A stretch of DNA of 55,601 bases from a virus (Duplodnaviria > Caudoviricetes). Below are positions 29,125-39,169 of the stretch, one piece after another. The position numbers and the translations under genes are program-made. Position 1 is the stretch's first letter. The number at the start of each line of letters is the position of its first letter. A model generated the notes under the pieces. The model was not told the origin of the DNA. It saw only the letters and a list, made by a program, of their open reading frames with translations, and made no database searches. The DNA lies in the IMG/VR virus record IMGVR_UViG_3300048591_000469, positions 1-55,601 of that record. One strand, given 5' to 3'.

Positions 29125-30264
29125 ATGGGCGCTTTCGACTTCATGATCAAGGCTCCGGTCGCTGAGTTGCACTTCACCGAACCGGGCAATTCGACGACGG
29201 GCTTCGTCTCCGAATGGTCAGCCGCACCGATGCATCGGTTCTACACCGACATCGACCTCTCCGCCTTCGCCCTGCCGAAGGGTTCCTACGTTCGCCGCAC
29301 GACCAACAATGGCGCTTTTTACTACTTCACCTCATACGGGACGGCGCTCGAAGCCAGCCGCCTCGTCAATCGCAAATTCCCGCCCGACAACATCTGGCGA
29401 TGGGAGACGCCCGTCAGCCAAATCCTGAACCTGAGCGACGAGGTTCGCGCCCGGTTCGGGGACGTGATGTCGATGGAGGCGCAGATGACCGTCATGACCC
29501 ATCGCAAGCAGCGCCACGAGTTCAACATGCTCTTGCTGCCGTCGGCGGTCCAAGCCCTGGCGCTTTTGGCGGGTCACTTGGCGGAACCGATCTTCGACTA
29601 CACCTCGCTGCGGGTCGACGACGCCGCCATCGATGCCGCTTACCAGCATCGGGTCATCGGCGACGGCGAAACCTACGCCGGGAGTGAGTTGTGGCAAGCC
29701 CGGACCCGTCTCTGGTCCGCCCTGGGCGAAGCCGACCCCATCAAGTCCTTTAACGGTTCCAGCATCGACACGACCGCCCCGCGTCTCGCCGAATGTCTCG
29801 GCATCGTCATTTCCCAGGTCCAAACCTGGGCGCAGTTGACGTCCGTTCCCGACCCACGCGTCGATGCCGTCACCAAAGACGGGAAGCGCCTGACCCTGCC
29901 CGTCGTCTTGGGCATTTGGCCCAACAAGAATGCCGCCATCGCCGCCCTGGGGCTGGACCCCAAGCCGAGCAACGGGCATGCGCCCGCCGCCGTCAACGGT
30001 CACAGCAACGGGACCAACGGCCACAGTAACGGCCACAGCAACGGGCATGCGCCCGCCAACGGGACCAACGGGTCGCTGCCCGTCCCGGTCAGTTGGGGCG
30101 GTTACGTCAACGAATGGAAGCAGGAGGTCGTCTCCCTCAAGAATTCCTACGAGGGGCAACCGAAGCCCGTCGTGGTCGCCGCCCTGCGCCAACGGGAAGC
30201 CGAATTGGCGTCGACCTACTCCGCCAGCGTCGACGAGATTCTGGCTTGGTGGGATCAGGTCTAA
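29125..30264 (+). CDS. Hypothetical protein with NGH low-complexity linker
   Basis: 379 aa, first gene of the operon; GAAAGG SD. Confidence 0.7.
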   Translation: MGAFDFMIKAPVAELHFTEPGNSTTGFVSEWSAAPMHRFYTDIDLSAFALPKGSYVRRTTNNGAFYYFTSYGTALEASRLVNRKFPPDNIWRWETPVSQILNLSDEVRARFGDVMSMEAQMTVMTHRKQRHEFNMLLLPSAVQALALLAGHLAEPIFDYTSLRVDDAAIDAAYQHRVIGDGETYAGSELWQARTRLWSALGEADPIKSFNGSSIDTTAPRLAECLGIVISQVQTWAQLTSVPDPRVDAVTKDGKRLTLPVVLGIWPNKNAAIAALGLDPKPSNGHAPAAVNGHSNGTNGHSNGHSNGHAPANGTNGSLPVPVSWGGYVNEWKQEVVSLKNSYEGQPKPVVVAALRQREAELASTYSASVDEILAWWDQV

Positions 30265-30266
30265 CC

Positions 30267-31184
30267 ATGATCTATTACGACCCGACCGAATCACGGTCGA
30301 CGTCCCGACTCCCTGCGTCCGTGCAAGCTCAAGGTCGACCATTGGTCGGCCTTGAAGCCCGGACGGGCGCGGACCTGTTCATCGTCGACCTAGAGACGCC
30401 GCTGCCGGAAAGCATCGCGACGCCGCCCGGGTCCCTGATCTTCGGGCGCATCGCCGAGCGGGGCGTCTTGGTGCAACGCAAGACGGGCAACGACCTGCTG
30501 CAGTCCATCCCGCACCTGACGACGATCCAGGGCAAAATGCTGCGCCACAGTCGGCTCTGCTACCTCGCTTGTATCGGGCGCTTCGAACCCGACCACGACC
30601 ATCACGTTCTCGTCAACGGGAAGCGGTCGGGTTGGACCTACGCCTCGATGCAAGGGGCGCTCGACGCATGGCAGTTGCGGGGCGGGCAATTGGGCTGGTT
30701 CCCGACCGACCCCGCCTTCGAAGAATGGATTTCCCGATGGGACGCCCAAATCGGCAAGATCGCCGCCGAGGTCGCCGTCAACCCCATCCCGGACCCGCAC
30801 ACCCGCATCGCCAGTGGGCTATACGACCCGATCCCTTTCCGGTCGACGCTGGCGACCCTTCCGGGCGTCGGTCCTCGACTCGCCGAGGACATCGGCATGT
30901 ACTGTGGCAACCTGGCCGCGTCGTTGTGGTGGCTTTCGCTGCCCGACGCCGACGGCGTGAAGGGGTTCGGTCCGACGACCCGGGCGAAGGTCCGGGCATT
31001 CCTCGGGCTACAACCGGGTCAGGTCCTGCTGCCCGTCAACGGCGAAGATCTCGCCCAATTCGAAATTCCTGCGCCGCCCGTCAACGGGGAATGGCGCGCC
31101 GCTTCGGTCGCCGCTGCCATTGAGACGGCGAAGCGTCACAAAACACCTCAGCCCGACGTTCACTTCGAAGGAGCAACCCGATGA
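30267..31184 (+). CDS. ERCC4/XPF-like nuclease with tandem HhH motifs
   Basis: IYYDPTE, GADL, VQRKTGNDLLQS (ERKxxxD-like), LPGVGPRLA and VKGFGPTT. Confidence 0.75.
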   Translation: MIYYDPTESRSTSRLPASVQAQGRPLVGLEARTGADLFIVDLETPLPESIATPPGSLIFGRIAERGVLVQRKTGNDLLQSIPHLTTIQGKMLRHSRLCYLACIGRFEPDHDHHVLVNGKRSGWTYASMQGALDAWQLRGGQLGWFPTDPAFEEWISRWDAQIGKIAAEVAVNPIPDPHTRIASGLYDPIPFRSTLATLPGVGPRLAEDIGMYCGNLAASLWWLSLPDADGVKGFGPTTRAKVRAFLGLQPGQVLLPVNGEDLAQFEIPAPPVNGEWRAASVAAAIETAKRHKTPQPDVHFEGATR

Positions 31185-32248
31185 ACGAGTTGATCGTTTT
31201 GACCGGCCCCAAAGGCTGCGGGAAGTCGACCGCCGCTTTCACGGCGACGCCGCCGTCCGAGATCGACAAGCTGTGTATCGTCGACACGGAGATGTCAATG
31301 TCCGACCTGGTTCGCCAAGCGAAACCGGGCGCATACATCCCGGCTTACGAGCGACTACGCCTGACGCCCGGAACCCTCGACGCGATGGCGAAGGGTCAAT
31401 TGCCCTGGGTCAACCGGGACCAGAAGAATCAACTGGTCGCCTATTACGAATGGCTTGTCCAGACCCTGGCGACCCGTCTCGAGTCGGGCAAATTCACGAC
31501 CCTGGTCATTGACACCATCGAACCCATCGAAGCCGCCATGACCGCCGCCGTCCAAGCCGACAAGAACAAATTCGGCTGGTCCGGGTCGATGGCTTACGGT
31601 CGCCTGGAAACCGAAGGCATCCGCCCGCTCTACGAGAATTTGTTGCAGGCGATCTACGCCCGGGGCGTTCGGCGCATCGTCCTGACGACCCATCTCAAAA
31701 ATGTCTGGCTCGGGACGAACATCGTCCCCAACAAGGTAAAACCGGGCGGGCGCTTGACCGTCCTGGCCCGCTTGTCGACGGCGATGTTCTGGCTGGTTCC
31801 CGACGTCCGCAACGCCGACGGCGCACCCGCCGCCCTGGTCCTCAAGGCGCGCATGGGCGTCCTGTCGCCCGACCCCGTCACCAACACCTGGGCGATGCGC
31901 CGGGTCCTGCCGCGCCGCATCCCGCACTTCACCTGGGCGGATGTCAGCAGTTACTTCGTGCAACCCGCCGACCTGGCAAACCCGCACCCGTCCGAGGTCC
32001 CGACCCGGGCGGAGCAGGAAATGATGTCCGAGCTTTTGACCGACGAGCAAATGCGCCTCATGATCGCCGGGGCGGACGCCGAGCAAGCCGAAGCGACCAG
32101 CCTCCTGATCACGCCCAAGCCGACGCCCGAGCAGGTCCTGCAAATGGCGGGCGAAGGTCACGACGCCGACACCATCGCCCGCACCCTAGAAATGCCGCTG
32201 CCGGTCGTGCGGCGCTACTTGACCCAAGCCCTCGAGACGTCCGAGTAA
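31181..32248 (+). CDS. P-loop ATPase (AAA_24/Sak4-like)
   Basis: Walker A GPKGCGKS, IVDTE, Walker B LVIDT, VLTTH; C-terminal HTH-like segment. Confidence 0.75.
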   Translation: MNELIVLTGPKGCGKSTAAFTATPPSEIDKLCIVDTEMSMSDLVRQAKPGAYIPAYERLRLTPGTLDAMAKGQLPWVNRDQKNQLVAYYEWLVQTLATRLESGKFTTLVIDTIEPIEAAMTAAVQADKNKFGWSGSMAYGRLETEGIRPLYENLLQAIYARGVRRIVLTTHLKNVWLGTNIVPNKVKPGGRLTVLARLSTAMFWLVPDVRNADGAPAALVLKARMGVLSPDPVTNTWAMRRVLPRRIPHFTWADVSSYFVQPADLANPHPSEVPTRAEQEMMSELLTDEQMRLMIAGADAEQAEATSLLITPKPTPEQVLQMAGEGHDADTIARTLEMPLPVVRRYLTQALETSE

Positions 32249-32261
32249 TCTGACCCGACCG

Positions 32262-32298
32262 AAGCCCGCCGTCGTCACCCGCCGACGGTGGGCTTTTT
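32262..32298 (+). terminator. Intrinsic terminator
   Basis: AAGCCCGCCGTCG-loop-CGACGGTGGGCTTTTT. Confidence 0.8.
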
Positions 32299-32311
32299 GT
32301 CGCCTTTCGTT

Positions 32312-32369
32312 GTAAATACACGAATGTACATTTGCACGTTCGCCCATATTAGTATATGCTCGTATTTAC
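32312..32369 (+). promoter_or_regulatory. Promoter of the replication operon flanked by GTAAATAC/GTATTTAC boxes
   Basis: TTGCAC-17 nt-TATGCT; boxes at 32312 and 32362. Confidence 0.75.
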
Positions 32370-32409
32370 AAATACGTTTCGTTCGACGGTTCAACCAGGA
32401 GACACCCAG

Positions 32410-35169
32410 ATGACCATTGACCGCTTCACCCGCCAGCAGTTCGAAGCCGCCCTGCCGACCCACAAATTGACCCGCCAGCCGTTGTGGCAGGGGTTGGGGT
32501 TGATCGAGGGCGAGTACACCTACGCCATCCCGGTCAACGCCTACGCCCGCATCAAGATTCGGTCGAGTGTCAACGCAAGCGGCATCGCCGCCGACAGTGG
32601 CGACGACAGCATTCGCTTGTTCGTCGAGGTCATCGACGAGTTGGGTCGCTGGCATTGGATTGGCGGTTCCAAACCTGACGCCTATACGACCCGGGTCCCG
32701 GGTTGGGGCGGGCGCTTGACCGACAAGATGCGCGACGTATGGGCGAAAGCCGCCAAGATCGCCCGCCCGGTCCCGACCTGCACCTGTGGCGCTCCCAAGA
32801 TCGCCCGGGTCGTCAAGAAGCCCGGTTCCAACCAGGGGCGCATCTTCGCCAGCCATTGCATTCACGGAACCTGCCAGGATGACGCCTTTGTCTGGTTAGA
32901 CGAAGCCGTCCCGACCCGCAAGCCCGTCGCCGTCCCGCAGCCCGTCGCCGTCGTCGAGGAAGAAGAGAACATCCCGGTCAACCCGGTCTACACCGACGCC
33001 CCGACGGTCGCCCCGACGGTCGCCCAACCCGCTCCCGCCGTCCCTGTGCGGACCTTTACGGCGACCAGTGGGTTCGACCCGGGGCTGGTCAACGACGCGC
33101 AACGCAACGCCATCTTCGCACCCATCGACCTGCCCGTTCGCGTCCTGGCGGGTCCCGGGTCGGGCAAAACGCACACCATCGAGCGACGCTACGCCTACCT
33201 GCTGCATAACGGCGTTTTGCCTCGGGACATCCTGGTCGTCACGTTCAACAAGTCGATGGCGGGCGAGGTCTACGAGCGGATTTGTCGGTTCAACCCTGCC
33301 ATTCGTGGGACCGAAGCCGACAACCAGGTCTGCACGATTCACGCCGCTTGTTTCCGGGTCCTCAAGGCGGAAGGGCTGAAGGCGCAACCCGCAAAGGACT
33401 GGCAACTGAAGAAGTTCGCCAAAGAGATCTCCGCCGAAATTTGGCCGAATGTCCTCTACCGTCCCGGTCCCGACGAGTTGATCGCCGCCGTCGGCGCAGC
33501 CGAATACCGGGGTTGCCCGGTCGGGCAGGAAGGCGACCTGTTCGAATCCCTGTGTGAGGAGTCGCCCGTCACCGTCGCCCAATTGGTCGACTTCCGCCGC
33601 CAGTTTGACGCCAACCTGCGCGCCAATGGGCTGATCACGTTCGGCGGCATGTTGTACGAGGTTGACCGTCGACTCGCCATCGACCCCGACTTCAAAGCCC
33701 GCTGGCAGGGGCGGTTCAAGTACATCATCATCGACGAGGGCCAGGACACGACGGGTCAGGCGATGCGGGTCCTCACGACCCTGGGCGCACCCGAAGATCG
33801 CATGTTCATCGTCGGCGACACCGACCAATTGCTCTATCGGTTCGCCGGGGCAACGCCCGAGCAAAACCTCTACCAGGGGTTCGAGGAACGTTACCCATCG
33901 GGGTTGACCTTCAAGCTCACCGTTAACTACCGTTCCACCCGCGCCATCGTCGACGTGACCAGCAACCTGATCGCCCACAATTACACGGCGAAGGGCGGTC
34001 CTTACGCCGAGACTTACCGCAAGCTACTGACCGCCCGCCCGGACGCCCCAGAGGGCGTGAGTGTGGCGTTCACACAGTACGGCGACGTTGAGATCGAGGC
34101 GCTCGAGACGGTTCGCAAGGTCAAGGAAGCCATCGACGGCGGTCGCCGACCCCAAGACTTCTTCCTGGCGACCCGCACCCGGGCGCAGTTGGGCTACCTG
34201 GAGATTCCGTTGACCCTGGCGGGCATCCCCTTCGTGAACCTGACCGGCGGGTCCTTCTGGGAATCAAAGCACGTCAAGGACGCCATCGCCTACCTGCGCC
34301 TGTTGGTCAACCCGGGCGACACCGACGCCTTCGCCCGGGTCTACAACATCGCCAGCCGCTACATGGTCCAGCCCTGGGGCAAGGAGCAGGGGCAATATTG
34401 CCCGCATCGTTACCTGGGGCGGGCGTTCCTGGACGCCGTCGGCAGTTCCTACGCCAACCTGAGCAAGGTCGCCAGTGACCGCCGTTACAAGGCGGGCGTC
34501 AACGACCTGCGCGACTTCATGCAGGGGCTGACGGCGCTACACAATAGCCTGTCAATGGTCGACGCCGACGGGGACATCGCCAAGCCCGGGGCGCTCGTGC
34601 GCTACGTCCTGAACGAGTGTTATGCCGACTACCTCAAAACCGAAGAGGGGTTCGACCCGGCGAATGACACCGAGAACAGCAAGAGCGACGACCTGCTGAT
34701 CGTCGCCGGGATTGGCGACAAATACCCGACCCTGGAGAAGTTCCTGGAGTTCGTCAACGACGCCCAGGAAACCGCCAAGAAAGCCGCCGAGCGGGATTGG
34801 TCCGAATTGCTGGTCATCAGCACCATTCACCGGCTCAAAGGGCTAGAACGTCCCGTCGTCTTTGGGTTGGGCATCAGCGAGGGCGAGGACCTGACGACGG
34901 GCGAATTCCGAGGGTTGCTCCCGCACACCTTCTCGGTTGTCGCCGCCCCGAAGATGGGCGTCCTCAACTGGTCGGGCAAGGGACGCGTCGAGGATGAACG
35001 TTGCGCCTTCTTCGTCCTCATCTCCCGCCCGAAAGAGGAATTGCACCTGTCCTCGATCAGTTCCTACCGCAACGCCGAAATGCGCCCGTCCCGCTTCCTG
35101 GCCGAGGCGGGCATTGGTGACGACAGCTACACGCGCATCGCCGACCTGATCGCCGAGGTCGCCCTGTGA
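32410..35169 (+). CDS. UvrD/PcrA-family SF1 helicase with an extra N-terminal domain and GRF-like zinc finger
   Basis: LAGPGSGKT, IDEGQD, VGDTDQ.LYRFAGA, NYRST, STIHRLKGLE, EDER; CTCG...NQGRIF..HC. Confidence 0.92.
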   Translation: MTIDRFTRQQFEAALPTHKLTRQPLWQGLGLIEGEYTYAIPVNAYARIKIRSSVNASGIAADSGDDSIRLFVEVIDELGRWHWIGGSKPDAYTTRVPGWGGRLTDKMRDVWAKAAKIARPVPTCTCGAPKIARVVKKPGSNQGRIFASHCIHGTCQDDAFVWLDEAVPTRKPVAVPQPVAVVEEEENIPVNPVYTDAPTVAPTVAQPAPAVPVRTFTATSGFDPGLVNDAQRNAIFAPIDLPVRVLAGPGSGKTHTIERRYAYLLHNGVLPRDILVVTFNKSMAGEVYERICRFNPAIRGTEADNQVCTIHAACFRVLKAEGLKAQPAKDWQLKKFAKEISAEIWPNVLYRPGPDELIAAVGAAEYRGCPVGQEGDLFESLCEESPVTVAQLVDFRRQFDANLRANGLITFGGMLYEVDRRLAIDPDFKARWQGRFKYIIIDEGQDTTGQAMRVLTTLGAPEDRMFIVGDTDQLLYRFAGATPEQNLYQGFEERYPSGLTFKLTVNYRSTRAIVDVTSNLIAHNYTAKGGPYAETYRKLLTARPDAPEGVSVAFTQYGDVEIEALETVRKVKEAIDGGRRPQDFFLATRTRAQLGYLEIPLTLAGIPFVNLTGGSFWESKHVKDAIAYLRLLVNPGDTDAFARVYNIASRYMVQPWGKEQGQYCPHRYLGRAFLDAVGSSYANLSKVASDRRYKAGVNDLRDFMQGLTALHNSLSMVDADGDIAKPGALVRYVLNECYADYLKTEEGFDPANDTENSKSDDLLIVAGIGDKYPTLEKFLEFVNDAQETAKKAAERDWSELLVISTIHRLKGLERPVVFGLGISEGEDLTTGEFRGLLPHTFSVVAAPKMGVLNWSGKGRVEDERCAFFVLISRPKEELHLSSISSYRNAEMRPSRFLAEAGIGDDSYTRIADLIAEVAL

Positions 35170-36020
35170 CCGCCGTCGTCGACGCCGCCCTGTACTGGCT
35201 CGAGCAGGGGATCGTCCCGATCCCCTGCCGCTTCCGCACCAAGACGCCGGTCGTCAAGTGGGGCGAATGGACCCACAAGCTGCCGCCCGCCGCCCTGGTT
35301 CGCCGCTGGTTCGGCGGGCTATACAACATCGCCCTGATCACGAATGAGCATTACGTCGTGGTCGACTTCGACGACCTGGACGCCTACGATGCCTGGGTTG
35401 CCGACCATGCCAGGGTCGCCGTCACCCGAACCATACGGTCAAGGCGGGGCGTTCATCTCCATTACCGTGTCAACGCACCCGCGCACACCATCGCCTTCGC
35501 TGGCGGGGATCTGTTGGCTTCGGGGCATCTGGTGACGGTCCCGCCGTCAGTCCACGAAAGCGGGCATGTCTACACCGTCCTGCGCGACGTCGACCCCATC
35601 GCCATCCCGACGACCCGCATGCTGCATCTGCCGGTCCCGCCCGTCGACCCGGACGCCGCCCAAGCCCTTGTGCGGGGCTTTACGGCGACCGGACCGTCGC
35701 TCCCGGTCTACCTGATGCCGTCACCCGTTGACGTGAGCGGGTCCCTGATCGAACGCATCAAGCGGGCGGTCCCGCTGACCGACTACCTCGGGCGCTTGAC
35801 CCGACTCGTCCGCATGGGCAAGCGCCTCATGGCGCTTTGCCCGTTCCACCCCGACACCCACCCATCGATGGCAGTCTACGCCGACCAGGGCGCTTGCTAC
35901 TGCTACGCCAACCAATGCCCCGCGCATCGTCGTCTCGACGTCATCGACGTCGCCAGCCTAGTTTGGCACACATCGACTCGCGACGCCGCACGCTTACTCG
36001 CCCAGGAATACGGACTATGA
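35166..36020 (+). CDS. Bifunctional primase/polymerase (Prim-Pol) plus CHC2-type zinc finger
   Basis: KTP, NIAL, VVVDFD, RGVHLHY, VPPSVHESG; C-terminal CPFHPDTHPS...C....C. Confidence 0.85.
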   Translation: MTAVVDAALYWLEQGIVPIPCRFRTKTPVVKWGEWTHKLPPAALVRRWFGGLYNIALITNEHYVVVDFDDLDAYDAWVADHARVAVTRTIRSRRGVHLHYRVNAPAHTIAFAGGDLLASGHLVTVPPSVHESGHVYTVLRDVDPIAIPTTRMLHLPVPPVDPDAAQALVRGFTATGPSLPVYLMPSPVDVSGSLIERIKRAVPLTDYLGRLTRLVRMGKRLMALCPFHPDTHPSMAVYADQGACYCYANQCPAHRRLDVIDVASLVWHTSTRDAARLLAQEYGL

Positions 36021-36670
36021 GCAACCCGAGCAAAAGCAACGCCCGCATCACCATCTTCTTGTCGCCCGAGGATTTCGAGGAATGGGTCAAGCTGGCCGAA
36101 ACCGGGCAGCACGGCGGCAAACATGCGGGCGACGTCATCCTGCACTATGCCTATTTAGGGCTAGAGGCGACCGCCGCCCAAAACGAAGGCATGCTTCGCA
36201 ACACCTACCATCACGTCAACCGCTTGGCCCGGGAGGTCCGCCTACGCGCCGCCATGTTTAAGCAGTTGACGACCGTCGCCAAAGACGCCATCGACCGGGG
36301 CGACACAACCCTGCTCGAGGAGGTCAAGGCGCTTGCCGAGGGGCAAAACATCGCACCCGAGGACGTCATCCGGGCGACCCAATACCGGGTCAGCGTCACC
36401 GACCCCGACGAAGACACCGGGTTAGACGAGATCGAGTCGTGGGTCACGCGTGAGCTTGACCCGACCGAACCCCACGCAGCCAGCGACCTGGTCGACGTCG
36501 CCGAAAAGCGGGGCTGGATGTATTGGAAGGTCAAAGCCGCCCTGCGAAATGTAGGGTTCCACCCGACCAAGATCGCCGGGAAGGGGCGGGGTTACTGGTA
36601 TGTCTACCAGGACCCGTCACCGTCCAGCGTCATCGAGCAAGCCATCGAGGAGAATGAATTCGACCTATGA
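36017..36670 (+). CDS. Hypothetical DNA-binding protein (RHH-like N-terminus, possible winged-helix C-terminus)
   Basis: ARITIFLSPEDFEEWVKLAE; ATGA overlaps at both ends. Confidence 0.55.
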   Translation: MSNPSKSNARITIFLSPEDFEEWVKLAETGQHGGKHAGDVILHYAYLGLEATAAQNEGMLRNTYHHVNRLAREVRLRAAMFKQLTTVAKDAIDRGDTTLLEEVKALAEGQNIAPEDVIRATQYRVSVTDPDEDTGLDEIESWVTRELDPTEPHAASDLVDVAEKRGWMYWKVKAALRNVGFHPTKIAGKGRGYWYVYQDPSPSSVIEQAIEENEFDL

Positions 36671-38250
36671 ACCCGACGCCGCGAGAATTCGGACTACGTC
36701 ATTCGGAGTTCCGACCCTACCAGTTAGAAACCATCCAATGGGCGCTTGGCATCCGGGGACCCGGCATCCTGCAAGCCGCGACCGGGTTCGGCAAGACGAC
36801 CCTGCCCGCCGCTTTGGCGTCCAAAGGGCGCACAGTGGCACTGGTCCGCACCCGGGCGCTACAAAGCGCCAATTACCGGGATTCCTACGGGTTCAAGGCG
36901 CTCTTCGGGCGAGCGAATTACACCTGCGCCCACGACGACTTCGAACCCGGGACGGCGACCGCCGCCGACTGCCTTCACCCCGGGCAGATGGACGCTTGCG
37001 CGTTCGCGGGCGATTGCGCCTACCGCAAAGCCCGCATCGCTGCCCGGGCGTCGAGCAAGACGGCGCTCAACTACGCCTATTGGTTTCATGCCCGGGACCA
37101 ATGGCCCGCCTTCCGTTACCTGGTCCTCGACGAGGCGCATCAACTGTCGGACCTGACCCTGGAATGGGCGGGGTTGACCGTCACGCGCGACAACCTGATC
37201 GAGTTCGGTCTGCCCGCCCTGCCCGCTGTGGCGTCGTCGCGTGGGGCGTCCCTGCTGTTGACCCAACCGAACCCGGTCGCCAAAGTCCTCGACTGGATTC
37301 ACAAGGCGACCGCCGTCCTGACCCGCCGCGCCAGCCAGTTGGAACGCCCGACGACCAACAAGGAACGCCGCGACCTGCGCGCAACCGAACGCATGCTCGG
37401 CAAGGTTAGCGCAACCGGCGAAGCCATGACGGCGGTCGACGATCCCGATGTCTGGTTCATCCGCAGCCAAGCTCCGGCGGGCGGGCTGGTCTGTCGCCCG
37501 CTCACGGCGCGCTACCACTTCAAGAATTACTTTTTGCGACCCGACGAGATTCAAATTCTGATGTCGGCGACCATCGGCGACCCGGCGACCTTCGCCGCCG
37601 AGTTGGGGTTGAACCCGTATGACTACAAGCACATTCCCTCCCAATACCCGGTCGAACGTCGCCCGGTCTACGCCCTGGACGTCCCGCGCATGGGGCAGTC
37701 GGCGAAGCCCGCCGATTGGGACAAGCAAGCCGACGAGATCGCCCAGGTCCTCAAGGATTGCCCTGCCGACTGGCACGGCATCATTCACGTCAACGCCAAA
37801 GCGGAAGCCCGTCGCCTACACGACCGGCTGGCTCGTCACCGTTACCTGGCGGGGCGCTTGTGGGTCCCGAGCAACGAGGGCGGGACCGACGGGCAGGTCC
37901 GGGATTGGCGGGCGCACCGGGAACGGTCCCGCAACGGTCAAATCGCCATCACCTGGGCGCTACACGAGGGTTACGATGGCGTCGACGAGAAGATCTGCAT
38001 CAGCGCAAAGGTCCCGTACCCTTACCTGGGCGACGACTACGAGATCGCCCGTCGCAACTTCGACGGGAAATTGTTTCTGCAGCGCGCCGCGTGGTCGATG
38101 GAGCAGATGCTTGGGCGCACCCGGCGCAGCGAGGCGGACTACGATGCCGACGGCGATCAGCGGGGCTTGGTCGCCATCGCCGACGGGTCCTGGAAGTGGG
38201 TCCGCAAATACCTGACGCCCGACTTCGCCGAAGCAATTCGCACCGTCTAG
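36667..38250 (+). CDS. DinG/XPD-like SF2 helicase
   Basis: FRPYQ Q-motif, ATGFGKT, GRANYTC plus further Cys, DEAH, MSAT, EGYD, KVPYP, QMLGRTRRS..D. Confidence 0.88.
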   Translation: MNPTPREFGLRHSEFRPYQLETIQWALGIRGPGILQAATGFGKTTLPAALASKGRTVALVRTRALQSANYRDSYGFKALFGRANYTCAHDDFEPGTATAADCLHPGQMDACAFAGDCAYRKARIAARASSKTALNYAYWFHARDQWPAFRYLVLDEAHQLSDLTLEWAGLTVTRDNLIEFGLPALPAVASSRGASLLLTQPNPVAKVLDWIHKATAVLTRRASQLERPTTNKERRDLRATERMLGKVSATGEAMTAVDDPDVWFIRSQAPAGGLVCRPLTARYHFKNYFLRPDEIQILMSATIGDPATFAAELGLNPYDYKHIPSQYPVERRPVYALDVPRMGQSAKPADWDKQADEIAQVLKDCPADWHGIIHVNAKAEARRLHDRLARHRYLAGRLWVPSNEGGTDGQVRDWRAHRERSRNGQIAITWALHEGYDGVDEKICISAKVPYPYLGDDYEIARRNFDGKLFLQRAAWSMEQMLGRTRRSEADYDADGDQRGLVAIADGSWKWVRKYLTPDFAEAIRTV

Positions 38251-38321
38251 GGTTCCACCCGGGCGGGACCGCCGAGGTCCCGCCCGTCACCATCACCGTT
38301 TTTCAAACAAGAGGAGCATGT

Positions 38322-38702
38322 ATGCCTGACCAGCCGAAACAGCCGCCGACCCCGCCCGAGACGGCGTTCACGCTCGACGACTACCAGCAAGCAACCCGCT
38401 TCTGGTATAACCAGTCCCTCGCCACGCAGATGGCGCGCATCAACGCCATGATGGGCATCACCGGCGAGGCGGGCGAATTGGCCGACGCCCACAAGAAGAT
38501 GCTCTTTCACGGTCATCCGCTCAACCTAGAGATTGTCAAACTGGAGCTTGGCGACATCCTGTTCTACGTCTCCTGGTATGCCTGGACCTTCGGACTATCG
38601 CTCGACGACGTCGCCCGGGCAAACCTCACCAAGCTGACCATACGTTATCCGCATGGCTTCGACCCAGAACGCAGCCAGAACCGAAAGGACCGACACCCAT
38701 GA
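38322..38702 (+). CDS. MazG-like nucleotide pyrophosphohydrolase
   Basis: GITGEAGELADAHKK, ELGDILFY, NLTKLTIRYP; GAGGAG SD. Confidence 0.9.
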   Translation: MPDQPKQPPTPPETAFTLDDYQQATRFWYNQSLATQMARINAMMGITGEAGELADAHKKMLFHGHPLNLEIVKLELGDILFYVSWYAWTFGLSLDDVARANLTKLTIRYPHGFDPERSQNRKDRHP

Positions 38703-39169
38703 CGCCCGACTACCTCGAGATGGCCCGCGAAGCCGTCAAGCGCCACGACAACGACCGAGCAACCGCCCTGGCGGTCCTTGCCCTCGCTGAGGTCGCCCAC
38801 GCGGCGCTCAAGCCCGCCCAAGCCGACCCGGCGACCCACCACGCGCCCACCGTCGACCTGCGCCTGGGTCTGTCGGTCGCCGACCGGGAGACGGTCAAGC
38901 GCCACCTGGACGAAATCGCCGTCCTGGTGGAACCGCACATGCCCTGGTTCACGCTGGCGCGGCTCGGGACGCTGCTCAACGCCATCGGCGGGATTGTCAA
39001 ACAAGGGACCATTGGCGTCACCGCCCCGCATGCATCTGTCAGTCTTGCTGCAGCAGCGCCAGCCGCCCATTTGCACGTCGACCATGACGCCCTCGATCAG
39101 CGACCGGCGCAGCCCATTGTCCGACTCAGCCCGGTTGACCTGCAAGGATTGTCAAACCATGAAAGTTAA
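38699..39169 (+). CDS. Hypothetical protein
   Basis: 156 aa; ATGA-coupled to the MazG gene. Confidence 0.55.
   Translation: MTPDYLEMAREAVKRHDNDRATALAVLALAEVAHAALKPAQADPATHHAPTVDLRLGLSVADRETVKRHLDEIAVLVEPHMPWFTLARLGTLLNAIGGIVKQGTIGVTAPHASVSLAAAAPAAHLHVDHDALDQRPAQPIVRLSPVDLQGLSNHES

Noticed and set aside
29965-30075. AACGG(C/G/T)CA repeats
   Set aside because: They encode an NGH low-complexity linker with synonymous variation.
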